64,000 nt of DNA, taken from assembly GCA_010356995.1 (NCBI GenBank), contig ML996692.1, forward strand, positions 1,127,933 to 1,191,932. Direction: 5' to 3'. Under the pieces are notes generated by a model. The model saw nothing but the letters and a program-made list of their open reading frames with translations, made no database searches and was not told where the DNA came from. Every line of letters starts with the position of its first letter. The first letter of the stretch is position 1. Positions 1 to 12,779 of this stretch are shown piece after piece. The position numbers were made by a program, and so were the translations under genes. This DNA comes from Trichodelitschia bisporula. Lineage: Eukaryota.

Positions 1-2650
1 GTGAGGATATGTGTGGACATGGAAGGTTTGGCTCAATTCTCAATGTGGATGTGCGGATATGCCGATCTGTACGTCCGGGGATTCAGTGGTGATCCGTGGA
101 TGCGATGCTAGGATGCCGGGCCGGTGATTGTTAGGTTAGGCAGAGATTTGGGGTTGCTGCTCAATGCTATAAGCGGACTTGCACGGCAGTTCTAATGTCC
201 ATCCGGATGAGCGTCAAGGGGACGGTTGGAGGTTGTTGGCCATTGGGCAAAATGAAGATGAGGTTTGGGAAGACGAGATGATCGTCGTTGGAAGTGACGT
301 TGAGGCGTGGCTGGGCATCGGTGGCTAGGCAGATGTGGCTGTCGGCCAATTGATGTTCGGCGACGTCGCGGAGTGACAAAACAACGAGAAACACGTGAAT
401 CGGATCTCTACCCGCGTCGATCATTGCTGTTCCTCAACACCATATCTCAAATCGCCATTATTATGATCGCCATCTCTTCCCTCCCGTTCATTCCTTGCGT
501 CCATGCTCATCTCTTTGCCTTTCAACGATTTACCTTTAGCCCTGTGGCATTCCTGCATCACCGCTTTCCGTGGACCTTGCTTACAGTGGCACTGTTGCTG
601 GCATTGTTAGGCCTATACCACTTCCACTGTCCGGCTGGGTACTTCGTAGTCTACCCGGCGCACAGTGGTGGGGACTTACCTTGAAACTTCAGGTGGTTCG
701 GTAGACAGGAATGATCCCCTCCGAAAATCATCTCCCACTCGCAAAAGACGTCTGTTGATCAGAGATTTAGCTCCCAGTATAACCCCCCACACGCTAACCG
801 CGCATCTTTGGTCTACCGGCTGTTGGGGTAGTGAGCGCTACTGACTCCGCACGGTGGAGTACCGTACCGTACGGGCAGTAGCGCGCATGAACCACGAGGC
901 CGGGGGACCGTTGGGCTAACTACCCCCAAACCTGCCGTATCGGACTCGCCGCAACCGCGCCAAACCGGCCTAGAGTAGGGCAACTTGAGCGTCAACGGCC
1001 GCTCAAAACCCCATACTCCCCCTCTCAGTCAGCGGAAACAAGCAAACCCCCAGACAGAGAGCCTCAAACCTCCCCTCAGTCCTCAATCAAACCAATCCGA
1101 GGCCACGCTCACCCTCTCGCGCAAACTGGAATTCCCCCTGCCAGCCGCCAGCCACACGCCGCCCCCATCGGGCCAACATACGCCCGTGCCTCCCCGGCCT
1201 CCTCCAAACGGTCGACCTCTTCCCCCACCACCCCAAAGCAGCCTAGCGACCTGCCGCGTTTCCTTTTTCGCGACGACGCGTGCGCCTCATTGGGCGCGCC
1301 GTCCGCCATCCGGGCGACGGTTCTCGCCTCCACCGCGTGCTCACCCGCCGTGCCGAGGGTGGGCAGCGCAGACGACGCCTTGGCCCCTTCGCTTCCGGAA
1401 AAGAAAGCGGCCTTCTAGCCCTGCCCGCCGCCGACGCCCTGCCAACGGTGCGTTGGTGGAGCCCGTCGGTGCGGGATTCGGCTCATGCGGTGGGGGCAGG
1501 GCGGGAGGGGGAAAGTCGACACGGAGGACGAAGAGGAAGCGTGGACTCGCGACGGGGCGCCGCCGAAGCGCGCAACCTACCGTACTCGAGCCGAGCAGGC
1601 GCTGGACGACGATACCGGACGCACGCATCGAGTTGCGCTCGCCTTCCCCTCCCTCCCCGCATCAGACCATATTCACCACCATGATCGCGCACACTGCACC
1701 GCCGCCGTTTCGCCGCGCTCCCCTCTCAGCTCAACCGCATCTGGCCATCCGCTCAAACCGGGCAGCCATCCCCCAACCGCCGCCGCGTGCCCAATCCGCG
1801 CAAAGCGCATAATCGCGTCCCCGCTTGCAGCATCTGGGCCCCCTGACACACTGCATCACGACCCGCCGAGGGCCGGATGCGGTTGTTGCAGCGTGGTTTG
1901 GGCCGGATTGGGAGTGTGGGTTGATTGAGTTTGGAGGGGGCGGTGCGGCCGCGTGGTGCTCGTGGGAGGCGGGTGGGCGGACCGTTGGGGGAGGGAATGG
2001 CGGGGTGAAGAGGGTGGGCAAAGTGGTTGTGTGGTTGGCTGACAATGCTGTTGCTGCAAGAGGCGGTTGGGTAAGGCGGTCGCGTAAGCGGTACTGCGTC
2101 GGGAGGGGTGCCATGCTAACAGTCAGCGCGTATGCAGCTCGCCTTGTACCGTAGAACGGTCCCTCTGCCATACTTTCAGCGGCTCGAAGCGTTCAAGGGG
2201 CTTGCTAACCATTCATCCCGACAATTGGGACAACTAATCATTCATTTGGCCATCGGGACGGCAGACTCCTACCGAAACCTCCTCGGGAGCTTGAACCCTA
2301 AACCCGCGGTACCGACTTGCCCCGGGAGCGTAGGGGCCGGTTCGGGTCGGCGGTAATGAAGCATTAGCAACAAGTGCAAAGGGGAAGTTAATCAAAAGAT
2401 GAAGCGATGAGAAGAGAAGGGAGTGGGAATGGCAGAGTCGTGCTATCATACATGCAATGCCCTGCCAAATGTTCACCTTCGTGCTTGCCATAGCCGTTCT
2501 GCTCCTTCCTCCACGAATAAGGATGTTCCTTCCAATGCTGATACGTACCTTCTCTGAGAGAAGGATTGCTCCTTCTAACAGTAAAATGCGCCTTCCTTAG
2601 GGCTACACCGAAGACTGGGCACATTGTGAACGGTGGCGTAACTGTATAGT

Positions 2651-2751
2651 AATCAAGTATCAGCATCGCGGCCAGTGTCAGGTATCATCAGCGTAAACGG
2701 CAATCAAGTATCAACATCGTGGACAATGTCAGCATCATCAGCGTAAACGGT
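2651..2751. repeat. Imperfect ~50 bp tandem duplication (2 copies)
   Basis: aatcaagtatcagcatcgcggccagtgtcaggtatcatcagcgtaaacggc (2651-2701) followed directly by aatcaagtatcaacatcgtggacaatgtcagcatcatcagcgtaaacggt (2702-2751). Confidence 0.9.
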
Positions 2752-3264
2752 ATGAACATGTACGGTACGCAGTTCCATTGATTCCCACGAGCCAAATATG
2801 GCGTCGGCCCTATGCCTCGCCCTTGCCTTTATCCAGAAAACTCCGGGTATGCCTTATCCTGCCCCAGCCCATCCCATCCCATCCGCTTCCAAAGTCCTCG
2901 TGAACATACATATGATACGCGTATGGCTTGCGTTTCCAATTCCTGCTCAACCGCGCTGACCGTCCAGTCCAGTCCAAAATTATACACAGGGGATGCCACC
3001 CCAACCCTCGAGAATGTGTAAGAGAAGAGAAAAACGAACGACACACTAGTAAAACATATACCAAGAAAATCCAACCCAAGCCAGGTTAGTGTCATCCAAA
3101 GAAGCCCGTACAATCTATCCCAATGCCGTGATCATAACCGTCGACGGTTAGTCGACGTCCCATCCCAATCCCCATCCAGCCAACCAAATCCAACCCAACC
3201 GATATCCCAACGTACTCCACCCAAAACACCATCGCGCCCAAAATAAGAACCCAATTTTAGCATC

Positions 3265-4224
3265 CTAAATCAGCGACTTGATGTCCATTTTCGCGTGCCT
3301 AACTGGACTCCTCTTCCCCTCCTCCGGCGTCTGCACTTGCGACTGCGGCGGCGTCATCTCCTGAGGCTGCGGCCTCCACGCCGCCCTTGCCAGCGTGTCC
3401 AGCCCAGGTATAGGGAGCTGCGCCGCCATACCCGAAAGCTGTGGGCTAGGGCGAGCGGACGCGTAAACCGCATAGTCGAGAGGCGGTGTGCGGTCGTGGG
3501 ATGGCCGGAGGGTGATCTGGTTCGGCGAGGGCGGGGCCCAGGAGTGCGAGTGCGGCATGGGGAGCGGGCCGCGAAACTCAGGAGAGTAGGCTGGGAGCGG
3601 GGTGTGCGGGGAGGGGTACGGGGTGTTGGGGGAGGGTAGCGGGGTCGGATAGCCGTGCGTGCCGGACGCGAGGTCGAGGCGCGGGACTTGATAGCGTGGA
3701 GTAGGAGGGTGGTGGTCGCGGTGGGGGAGCTGTTCGCGAAGGGGGAGTTGGGTTGGGAAGCCGTTAGGACCGGCTTGGTGAGTGTAGGGGGAGAATGCAG
3801 GATCGTCGAAGCGCTCGGTGCTCGCGAGTTGTCGACGCGGAGACTCAGCGTAGTCAGAGCCGTGGGATTGCTGGTGGTCGCGGGGGCTGCTGGCGCGCCG
3901 GCGCCGGTTCTGGCCGCCGTTCCACCAGTTCTTGACGGCATTGTCGGAGCGGCCTGGGAGGCGGCGGGCGATTTCGGCCCAGCGCTTGCCGAGGGTGTTG
4001 ACGAGATGTTCGATTTGTCGGCCCTCTTCGTCGGTGATGGGTTGGTGGTTGAGGTTCGGCTTTAGGTTCTGATGGTAGCGCTCGCGGCACTGTTTGGGCG
4101 AGCGGGTTTTGATATAGCCGCTGATGCGCACCCAGTTCGAAGCACCTTGGTGGTTGACGAGGTAGAGGAGCTGTTCGTCCTCATGCGGGTTCCAGGGCCC
4201 CCGGCGGTAATTACTCATCTTCAT
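3265..4224 (-). CDS. flbD: Two-repeat Myb transcription factor, FlbD/RCA-1-like (conidiation regulator)
   Basis: Intronless 319-aa ORF. N-terminal Myb repeats RRGPWNPHEDEQL...NWVRIS...RSPKQCRERYHQNLKP and ...GKRWAEIARRLPGRSDNAVKNWWNG closely match A. nidulans FlbD as recalled; Pro-rich C-terminus. The start may be the second Met at 4218. Confidence 0.88.
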   Translation of the reverse strand: MKMSNYRRGPWNPHEDEQLLYLVNHQGASNWVRISGYIKTRSPKQCRERYHQNLKPNLNHQPITDEEGRQIEHLVNTLGKRWAEIARRLPGRSDNAVKNWWNGGQNRRRRASSPRDHQQSHGSDYAESPRRQLASTERFDDPAFSPYTHQAGPNGFPTQLPLREQLPHRDHHPPTPRYQVPRLDLASGTHGYPTPLPSPNTPYPSPHTPLPAYSPEFRGPLPMPHSHSWAPPSPNQITLRPSHDRTPPLDYAVYASARPSPQLSGMAAQLPIPGLDTLARAAWRPQPQEMTPPQSQVQTPEEGKRSPVRHAKMDIKSLI

Positions 4225-7200
4225 TCAGACGACGTTGCAGTCGTTGTGGTAGTGGTGATGGTGATGGTGGAAGGTATGCGTGCTGGATCGCAGTTGTCGT
4301 TGTCGTTGTTGTTGTGGTGGTGGAAGGTTTGTTTAATGTATGGTCGAGTTGAAGGGCAGGAGTCGGGGCTTTTAACCTTTTCAAGCACGCACTAACGCCG
4401 GGCGTTGGAAGTCGCCGTTGCAAAAGCTCCGATGTCGTTAAGTCGGGCGTATGTGACCTTTTGCCCTGAACTAGTCCTAGCGTGACGGAGTTCGTTGATA
4501 GTAATGGAGTGCTTGACCTGAAAGCAGGACACCGTTGACCGCAAATCAGGACAGTTGGGCGGGTGAGCGTGACTGAGGAAGGTTAGTTTGACTGAAGATA
4601 GTTTAACTTTTGTGGGTTGGTGACGAAGATGGGGTCAGGCGGGGGGGATAGGGTCCCATACATATGAAGAGGAGGGTGCGAGGCTCAGGTCAAGCCACTG
4701 GCGGGAACGGGGACGGGACGCGGCACAGGCAAAGTTGAGGGGGGGGAGCATGGGAAGTGGGAGGTGGGAGGTAGGAGGTGGATGGGAACGGTAGAGGTGA
4801 GAAGATGGGTGGTGTGTATGAGAGGGCACTTTTACCACAGCACAGCAACTACTGCGAACAAGGCGAGGAAAGTGAACGGGAACGAGTCGGTGGCTGCTAA
4901 GTTCCTCCCTCCATCATCATTATCCCTCCATATTCCTGAGCCTTTGGTACTTCCTCGCTGGCTTTATCCTTTGCATTTCTGCAGTGCATCAGAGAACGGG
5001 TAAGGGAAAGCAGTGGGTTGTTCCGTTCGACTCATCTTGTTCGAAGGAGATGATGAATGTATGGAAGTGGAACGATAGTGGACTTGATGGCTGGCTGGAT
5101 GACATGCTCTAACAAACTTCAACTAGAACTAGCTTCGAGTACTAGGAGAAGGCCAAAGCAAAAAGAAGCAATCCAAGGCAGTACCGTAGAGTGAGAGAGA
5201 GCGAGAGAGAGAGGGCTGGATTGGGAGACGTCCCAGATCGCTGGGATCGGAGCCAGCATGGTGTTGGTGGGTGGTGGTGGTGGTGGGAACGGAGGTACGG
5301 TAGGAGGTCGGAAGTAGGAGGTTTGGGGAGAAGCGAATGCTACAGGGGGACGATTATCGCTCGCACGCTGTTGGCCGGCGTTTGGCGTTTACTCTTTAGG
5401 AACAACAAATGTGCGTCAGTCGAGGGTGGTAGCGAATACCCTTTGCCCTTACTAGTCCCCCATTGCCAATGATTGTGAAAGTACGGGACTACACTACCGT
5501 GATGGTTATTGGATCATTGAATATACCGATTCAACATCTCTCTCTTATTACGGAATACTGTATCATCTTAGATCTTTCGTCTTCGGTAGGTCGTCAAGCG
5601 TCAACTGTCTGGTAGTCAAATGCCGGGTAGTCTCTCTCGGTACGGATTATTCACACTACAAAACCCCCCCATGCGCAGCTCTTACTATCCAAGAAAACAC
5701 CCATGCCGAACATCTCATTCCACCGGCTCATCTGTATCATCACCACTTCTTTTAACCTGATCTCACTCCGAACAACGCCACCGGAACCTTCTCCTACCGA
5801 AGCGCCTACAGTTCATCACCAGCGCCGCAAAGAAGCCCTCATCGACCAATCTAGCCCACCGCCATATCAAGCCTCGCGCCTCTCGTCAAGCCTGGTACCG
5901 CCTCTCAAAAACAGTAGCAGAGGAGACGAGACGCGCCAGCCTTGCGGCCGCCCAAATATTATGTGCACTCCTTCAACCACGGAGAAGTCCGCGAGGCTCA
6001 AATTTGGCCGCCGCCAAAGAAATTCCAGACCTCACACAACCGGCGATAATGTCTCTCATCGCCGACAAATAATCATTCCTACCCCGGCACCATTCTAGCG
6101 GGCCAACGGTTCGCCCGTGCGTGTCGTCGAGGATCCCGTTACCCTCTGTTCGCAGCAACGCAACCCATTTACCCCCCCACCTCACCCCTTGCCTTGAATC
6201 ATGAATCACATCGCGCGTTCCAGCAGCAGCCAGCGCAGCATCGGTAGCAGCGAAGCGCGCTTGCCCGCGTTCCCGTGGGTAGCTCTTAAACGAAACGCAC
6301 TCCCTGCTCGCGCATCTTGCAGCAACAAGACAGGACAAAACACTCTCTCCGACAAAACAAAACACTAGGCTAGAACTAAAAGCTCCAAACAAAAAACATC
6401 CGGCACTCTAAACAACGTAATCCACTCGTGATTCGTGTCGCCCCGTCCATTCCCCGCTCGCCCTTCACACTCCACTCTGTTCACACGTTCTCTTTGGATC
6501 CACACTCACGCCCACAGACCCAAAATAGTTGCCCTTCAAGAGCTCTGCACGCAACCCGTACCGTCCACCGATGCGCGCCCTTGCCGTGGTAAAAGTCCCA
6601 GGAAGGCGGGATCTCTTGGCTGGGGCGGGGGTAGGCGGGTGGAGGAGGTGGTGGGCAGGCGGGTGAGGGCGAGGGGTGGAAGCTCCGGAGTCCGACCAGT
6701 GAGGGGCGTCTCTTTGGTACGGTACGCTCAATAGCGCCTCTACGCTCTAGCAACCTCTAAAATAGCCGAATCTTACAAGCCCGCCGCATCATCGAAGCCC
6801 CCTCGCCATACCCTGCCAGTATTTGACAAATATCACCGCCGCACGCGCAAGGCTGGCTGGCTGAAGCAATGGAGTGCTACGTGCCCCTCTCCCATGGTTC
6901 CCGCGTGCCGTCGCGACTAGAAACTCTTGATCGGACGGCGATGATGCGCGCTTGACGATGATTAACGTGCTTGCCCATTCTCCTGCTTGCTAGCCCGCTT
7001 GCGTACTCTGGCCACTTCCTTACCGGCAACTACTACTTCCGCCGCCGCTTCTCCTCGCCCCAATCGCCGCCCGCAGGATCGCCTTGCTGAAGCCCGCACG
7101 CGCGGTCCAAGGCCGTTAGATACGCCGATTGCAAGCGCGCATACAAGCCTCTCCCTGCCCTACCGTAGCCGCAGGCCCCACATTTGCTCAGCCTTCCTGC

Positions 7201-10200
7201 CTTAGCGCCTCACAACCTTACCACAGTACCGTACGCAAAACCCCCTATCGCACTCGCCCACTCGCGCGCTCTAGGAGGCGTTTACCACATCGCAGCTCCA
7301 CTCTTTCGTTGCAAGGGTGTTGCCAAAAGCGGATACCCCCCCCTGCCCCAGCGTTGTCATCCTCGCGGCCCCGGTTTTCAGGCACGAGGCCCAGGCTGGA
7401 ACCTGCGAATCGATACGGGGAGCGAGTGGGCTGACTGGGGAATGCGGGCAGGGGTAAGCGCTGAGGAATGGGGATGACACGAGGAAATACGTACCGGCGC
7501 GAGCAGCGGATTGGTACGTAGTGATCGCAAGCTCTAGTTCTACGGCAGGTGGGTCCCCGTGCCGAGGCGTGAGCTCTGCTCGGGAATAGGCCACACTGTT
7601 GCCGTTGCGCGACACGAGGTGAGTGGGTCAAAGGTTACAAGACCGGGGCTGATGATGAGAGGACTAAATACGTTCCGGTATCCCTACGCCGATGCCGTAT
7701 ATGAAGTCGCCCTCGGGCGCTCTTCGCGCACCCGGTCGCGCAACCCGATCCAAGGGAACCAGCACCGACGACGACGACGCGCCGTGCCCCCGTCGGACAG
7801 TGTACAACGCTGCATGCCCACGGGTCAGGACGCTGGAATGGGCATACTACGGGCCAGCGTTGGGAACGCGAGTCTAGAATGTGTCCCCCCTTTTTATCTG
7901 GGGACGTTTCTCGTGGAGAAAGCATTTCTGGTGGGAATGCGTACCGGCGAAGTGATGACGGGGTGATGAACGTGGTCTGGCGGGGCTGAACGGTAGACGG
8001 CGTGTTGCGGGGGACATGCGTCGATAGTGGAGTCGGTGGACCTCCTCCTCACGAAGCCCATGTGTTGGCGACCGCAGACCTCGACCTCACCTGACGCTCC
8101 CATCGCATCACCTCTCCCCGCGCGATCGTCGTTGACCCGTCCACAACGGCCGGCAGATCAGCGCTCGCCCCCCGACGCGCATCTATTCACGGCAGCAAAT
8201 CAGCGCGCCGCATGTCCCCGGCCCCGAGCGCAGGCGCGCAATTGGCCAGCGCAGCGCTGTGCGACCGTTGGGCTGGCCGCATCCGGTACTCGCGCAGGTT
8301 GCGGCGGGGGGGTGCCGGCCCGAGGGCAGACCCAATGCAAATAAGCGCAAAGCAAGGCGAGGCAAAGCATGGCCGTAAGGCATGGCAAGGCAAGGCCGGT
8401 TTATTAATCACCAATGTAGTGGGCGCCAAGACTGCGGGCGCGGATCTGGAGGATTCGCGCGCGGGATCGGGGCTGGCGCGCGGGCTAACCCCCGCCGTTG
8501 CCCGCTGGAGGACCCTGGATGCTTCGGCGGATCCCGTGATGAGGGGAGTCCGTTTCAAAATTCGCACCTGCGCTGCATGTTATCTTGATTTGCGGCATGA
8601 TTTTGCGCGACGTGTGTTGCCCTCTGAATCTGTTGCCTTGAACTGCAGTCTTTGATTCATCTTCCCACGGGATTGCTGTACGTAAGTGAGTATCGATGAC
8701 GATGGAGTACGCCCGCACGCCCTTCCCGTGGCGCGCGCGGCATTGGCGTCGGAGATGGCGCCGAGGGCGTGCGACAGCCGCCTCGCGCGATGAAGCATTT
8801 CCCGGACTGAGGACAAAGAACTGTCATCGGGCGAAAGGCGCTTCATCTCGGAGGGTTTGACACGATGCGCGGTGTGGTTCGGCGAGGGCATGCGGGGCGT
8901 GGTTTGAGGGAACGGTGGTTTGGATGGGGTTTGTTTTCAGTTTACTTTTTCTTTGGTCCGATGCTGGTGGGCTAGGTATGAGAGTGTCTGAGTGGGTGAA
9001 TGCGAACAAAGCCGCGAACGCGTGGCTGTCGGTTAGTTGGCCCTGCCTGCGGGTTGCGGGTGCAGGAACTTCGGGTCGGGCCTGCTAAACGGGCAGGTGT
9101 GTCATTGTATCGGCGGGAGGCCGTGGGATTGGGGGTGGTGGGGTGGGACGGGCGATGGGTGGACGACTTGGAGATGGGTACAGTGCACAACATGGGACGA
9201 CCGGAGCCCGCGAGGCGAGGGATGGGAGAAACACGCAGGAATGAGCGAGTTACAGTGGGGCGGGAGCAGCGGTTTAAGCTGTTGTGCTCGCGAAAGGCCG
9301 GCGTGAGTGGTGAGAAAGAGTGTCCTATGCACCTGCGACTAGGACCAGCGTTGCCGACGATGGCCACCCGGGACGGAAACCCTGCCGTCGAGCGCCCCGG
9401 CGAGTTGGAGCGATCCTCTTGGTGAGGGAGACGAGAGGAGAGGCGAGTTGTAGCTGGCTGTTGTCTTACCGGAGGATGAGGATGAGCGGGAAGAATGGGA
9501 ATCGGCGAGATTCCTCCCGCAAGCCAATATCCATCCGTTAACCGTTCAGGGCAATATCAAGCAACTCCCATTTTCTCCTCCAAGTAATCCGTACCTGCCC
9601 ACCCTCCAGACGCTCAAATCCCGAAGCTGAGGAAAGGTGAGCGTTGCGTCCTCGCACAAGGCACACACAGCACACCGAACACGCAAGACACGATAACGCT
9701 CAGCGGCGGTGCGGCCTCGGAAACGCGGGCACGGGTTGTGCGGGTGTACGAGCCGGCCAGGCGGGTTTAGGACATCCTGGTAAGAGCGAGCAATTACGGA
9801 TTTGGGCGTGGCGTGCGCAAGCTGCGTGTTGGACAGAGAGAGGCGAGGGATTTGAAGGACTAAGGACAAGACTGCTACTGGGTGGAAGTCCAGGTCAAAA
9901 GTAACCCCTCCAGGATCTCTCGCTTGCTTGGATCTTGGGGGCCTGGGGTTGCCTGCACTTCGTTTGGAGAGGCCGATCCGCTGGATGCAAGAGGCGTGAC
10001 TAGGGATAGCGAGAAAGGCCGATTTTAAGGATGGGGATTGGGGATTGGGAACTGGGGACAGGGTGGTATTGCTTGCTGTTGGGTTTGGGATTTGGGGAGA
10101 CTGGGGGTGAGAGGTGGGAGGTGGGAGGCCGATTTCACACCCCGTGCTGCGGGGAACATCCTGGCCTGAGTGAATGTGCTTGCATGCGTTCCGTGGGGTT

Positions 10201-12779
10201 GGGTGGGGGTTTTGCAGCTGGGACCGGGGAAGGAGAGGGAGGGAGTTATGGGAGTGATGGTGATGGGAGGGGGGAGTGAGTGAGTGATGGGAGGGAGCGA
10301 AGTTCTCGATGCTCGATGGTCGAGGCATCATGTCTCCGCTGCTATTCTCAGCAGTGATGATGTTGATGCTGGCGATGTAAGGAGATAGGTTCACGATGCT
10401 CGCTAGCCTAGGCGGAGGCACTATCGATTCCCGTTGTCGATCACTAAGCCCGGAGCATTTTCTCCCCACTAACGACTACGGGTAACCTCGACGCCAACGC
10501 AACAACAACGAGAACGGCCTGCAGTCAGGCACAACTCGCCCATCCAGCCGCCATGTCTTGCGCCGCAAACCCCGCCGTCACATCCCGCCCGCCTTCTAGC
10601 ACCGCAGTTCGTCCACCGCTCGCCCATCGGCCGCAGCGAACCAGGGCCGGCTACACGGCCTGCGTTTCCCCTATCCTATTTCCGTGACGAATAGCTTGTA
10701 CCCGGCCCCGGTCCGGGCCAGCCCTTCTCTTCACGGCATATCGGCTGCGCAAACAACAGTGACATACCGTATCCCGCAGCGCCGACGGAGTACTCCGGTC
10801 CACGGACCCATGGATTCATGGCATCTTGGCGATGCGCCTTCCACCACCGCGCTCAGGCCCCAACGTCACCCGCCGCCAAACCCTTCAAACAGCCAGCACA
10901 TCCCATCGAGGCGGGGGTGAACGGGGGGTGGTTAGACGCGCCATAGGCGTGCGCCACAAATTGGTTGTTCAACCATTCGCTTAGGGGTTAAAAATTACGG
11001 GCGTGGAAAGAAGACTTTCGCTATTCCACGCCCTCTCGTTCGCCGGCACACCGCGACGCCTCTCGAAAAATGCGATTTGAGATTCCTTTGTTCCTGGCGG
11101 GCGCCATGACGGCCGCGGGGCCCAGGCCGTTTGTAGGGCTCCAACGTGCCCGCCGCCGCTCGTTGGTTGCCCGTTATATTGGAGGCTGAGAGAGGGGGGG
11201 TATTTACACGGAGGCGTGAGTTTGTGATATTGGTTTTATTTTTTGGCGGCGCGGCTCCAGGTCGACCTGCTTCTGCGCGCGATGCAGACCTCGTGGTCAT
11301 GGTGCAAGTGATGGAGGTTCCAGACCTCGATGCAGGCCCATGCTCAGCCCTGGCGTTTGAAGAAGCGGATATTTTAGCGCGTTGCTTTTCGGCACTTTGG
11401 AGGACCCGGTACATACCCGTGCCCATGTTCGGCACGTTGAGGGAGGTAGATGTGATATTGTGGGGCCCGCCTGCGGAGCCGCTATGCACGCCCCCTTATC
11501 TATCGCTTCGATTCAGCCTTAAGGTAGGGTGAAGTCTCGGAGTCGCCGAAGTGTGGGGGGTGTCGTGAAGAAGTGGTCTGATGTTCGATGGTGAAGAAGA
11601 ACTGGCGGTGATGAAGCGAGGTATGTACCATTTCAAGTGGACGCGGTTGTTGTTCAACCTGCAGAATGCCGTTAAGGCTCCCATGACCGGCAAGCTCCTC
11701 CCGCGCAAGCGGGTCCTCGTCTCGATTACTCAATCCTCAAGCACCATTAACGCGTTTCCAGCATCGATCGAAGCCCGCTTCACACCCATCCGGCCATCAG
11801 CCCTCACACACACGGGCTGCTCAAGGGCCCTCCGCACCGCATCCAACTCCCCGCCCGCCTAGCCCACTAATCCAGACGCTACTCCTCAATATCAGAATCA
11901 ATATCCAATTATCCAAACCCCCGGCCCAAATCCCCCCATCCCATCCTCCAGCCAGCCCACCATTCCTCCACCATCCCTAACCGCGCCTCGTACACATCAA
12001 ACTGGCGGCAAACCGCACCCGGAACTCCGCAGCAGCCGCGACGTTGCGCATTGCTCCGCAGCACACGCAGGGGCACGCACGCGGTGCCCAGAGGAAGGAT
12101 TACCCGGGCCCCTCGCGCGCGGATAGGGAGTTGCAGTAGAACGCGTACGTTCAGCCCTGCCAGCCAGCCTTGCTTCAGCCATGCAGCGCAACGATTGATG
12201 ATCGTTTTGAGGAGCCTTACGGTAGGGCGGAGTGGCATTAGACCGCATACCGTGAAGCGGTTGTAATCTAGACTAAAGTCGCTATCCCCTGATCTCGAAT
12301 GCGCGCGGATTAGGAGACGAGGACGGGCGCACGCCGGTTGATTGCCGCCGCCCCTTTTTGAGTGCCGTACTGCCGACGTGGTCAGCATCGGTGATCACGA
12401 TGCAGTGCGGCAGATGGGTAGGCTTCGGTAACGCTGTGCGAGCAGCGGGGACATATGCGCCGACAGTGTAGTGGGGGGCGTAAGGCGCGGAGGTGGCCGG
12501 CCATTGCGATGATGGTAAGGTTAGGAGTGTCTGGCGTCACGTCGACTCTTACGGCCTCTGGCATATCTTCGGATAAGCGGGCGTGGATCCGGCTGCTCTA
12601 GTTGCTTTAATGAGGGTGTCGCGATGGCCAATCGCCGTCTGAGATGCCTTTTCGTGATTTCCACTTTGGGTAGGAGATGCGTCGCGGGCACTAGAACTAG
12701 GTTGGATCGATGATGGTGTCTTCCAGTCTGCGGGCTTTGTGTAGTGACTGTTGGACAGCAAACAAGTGCTCGCCTGGCT

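Noticed and set aside
985..2171. Several long overlapping ORFs (up to 275 aa)
   Set aside because: Pro/Arg-rich, open in many frames on both strands as expected for very GC-rich DNA, with no domain motifs
4225..4330. In-frame poly-His/Gln stretch ending in TGA immediately before the Myb ATG, considered as a uORF or readthrough extension
   Set aside because: No upstream ATG in that frame; it derives from CAC/CAA microsatellite-like 5'UTR sequence
9546..10469. 307-aa minus-strand ORF
   Set aside because: Non-ATG start, low-complexity Pro/Ser/His content from C-rich sequence, no recognisable domain
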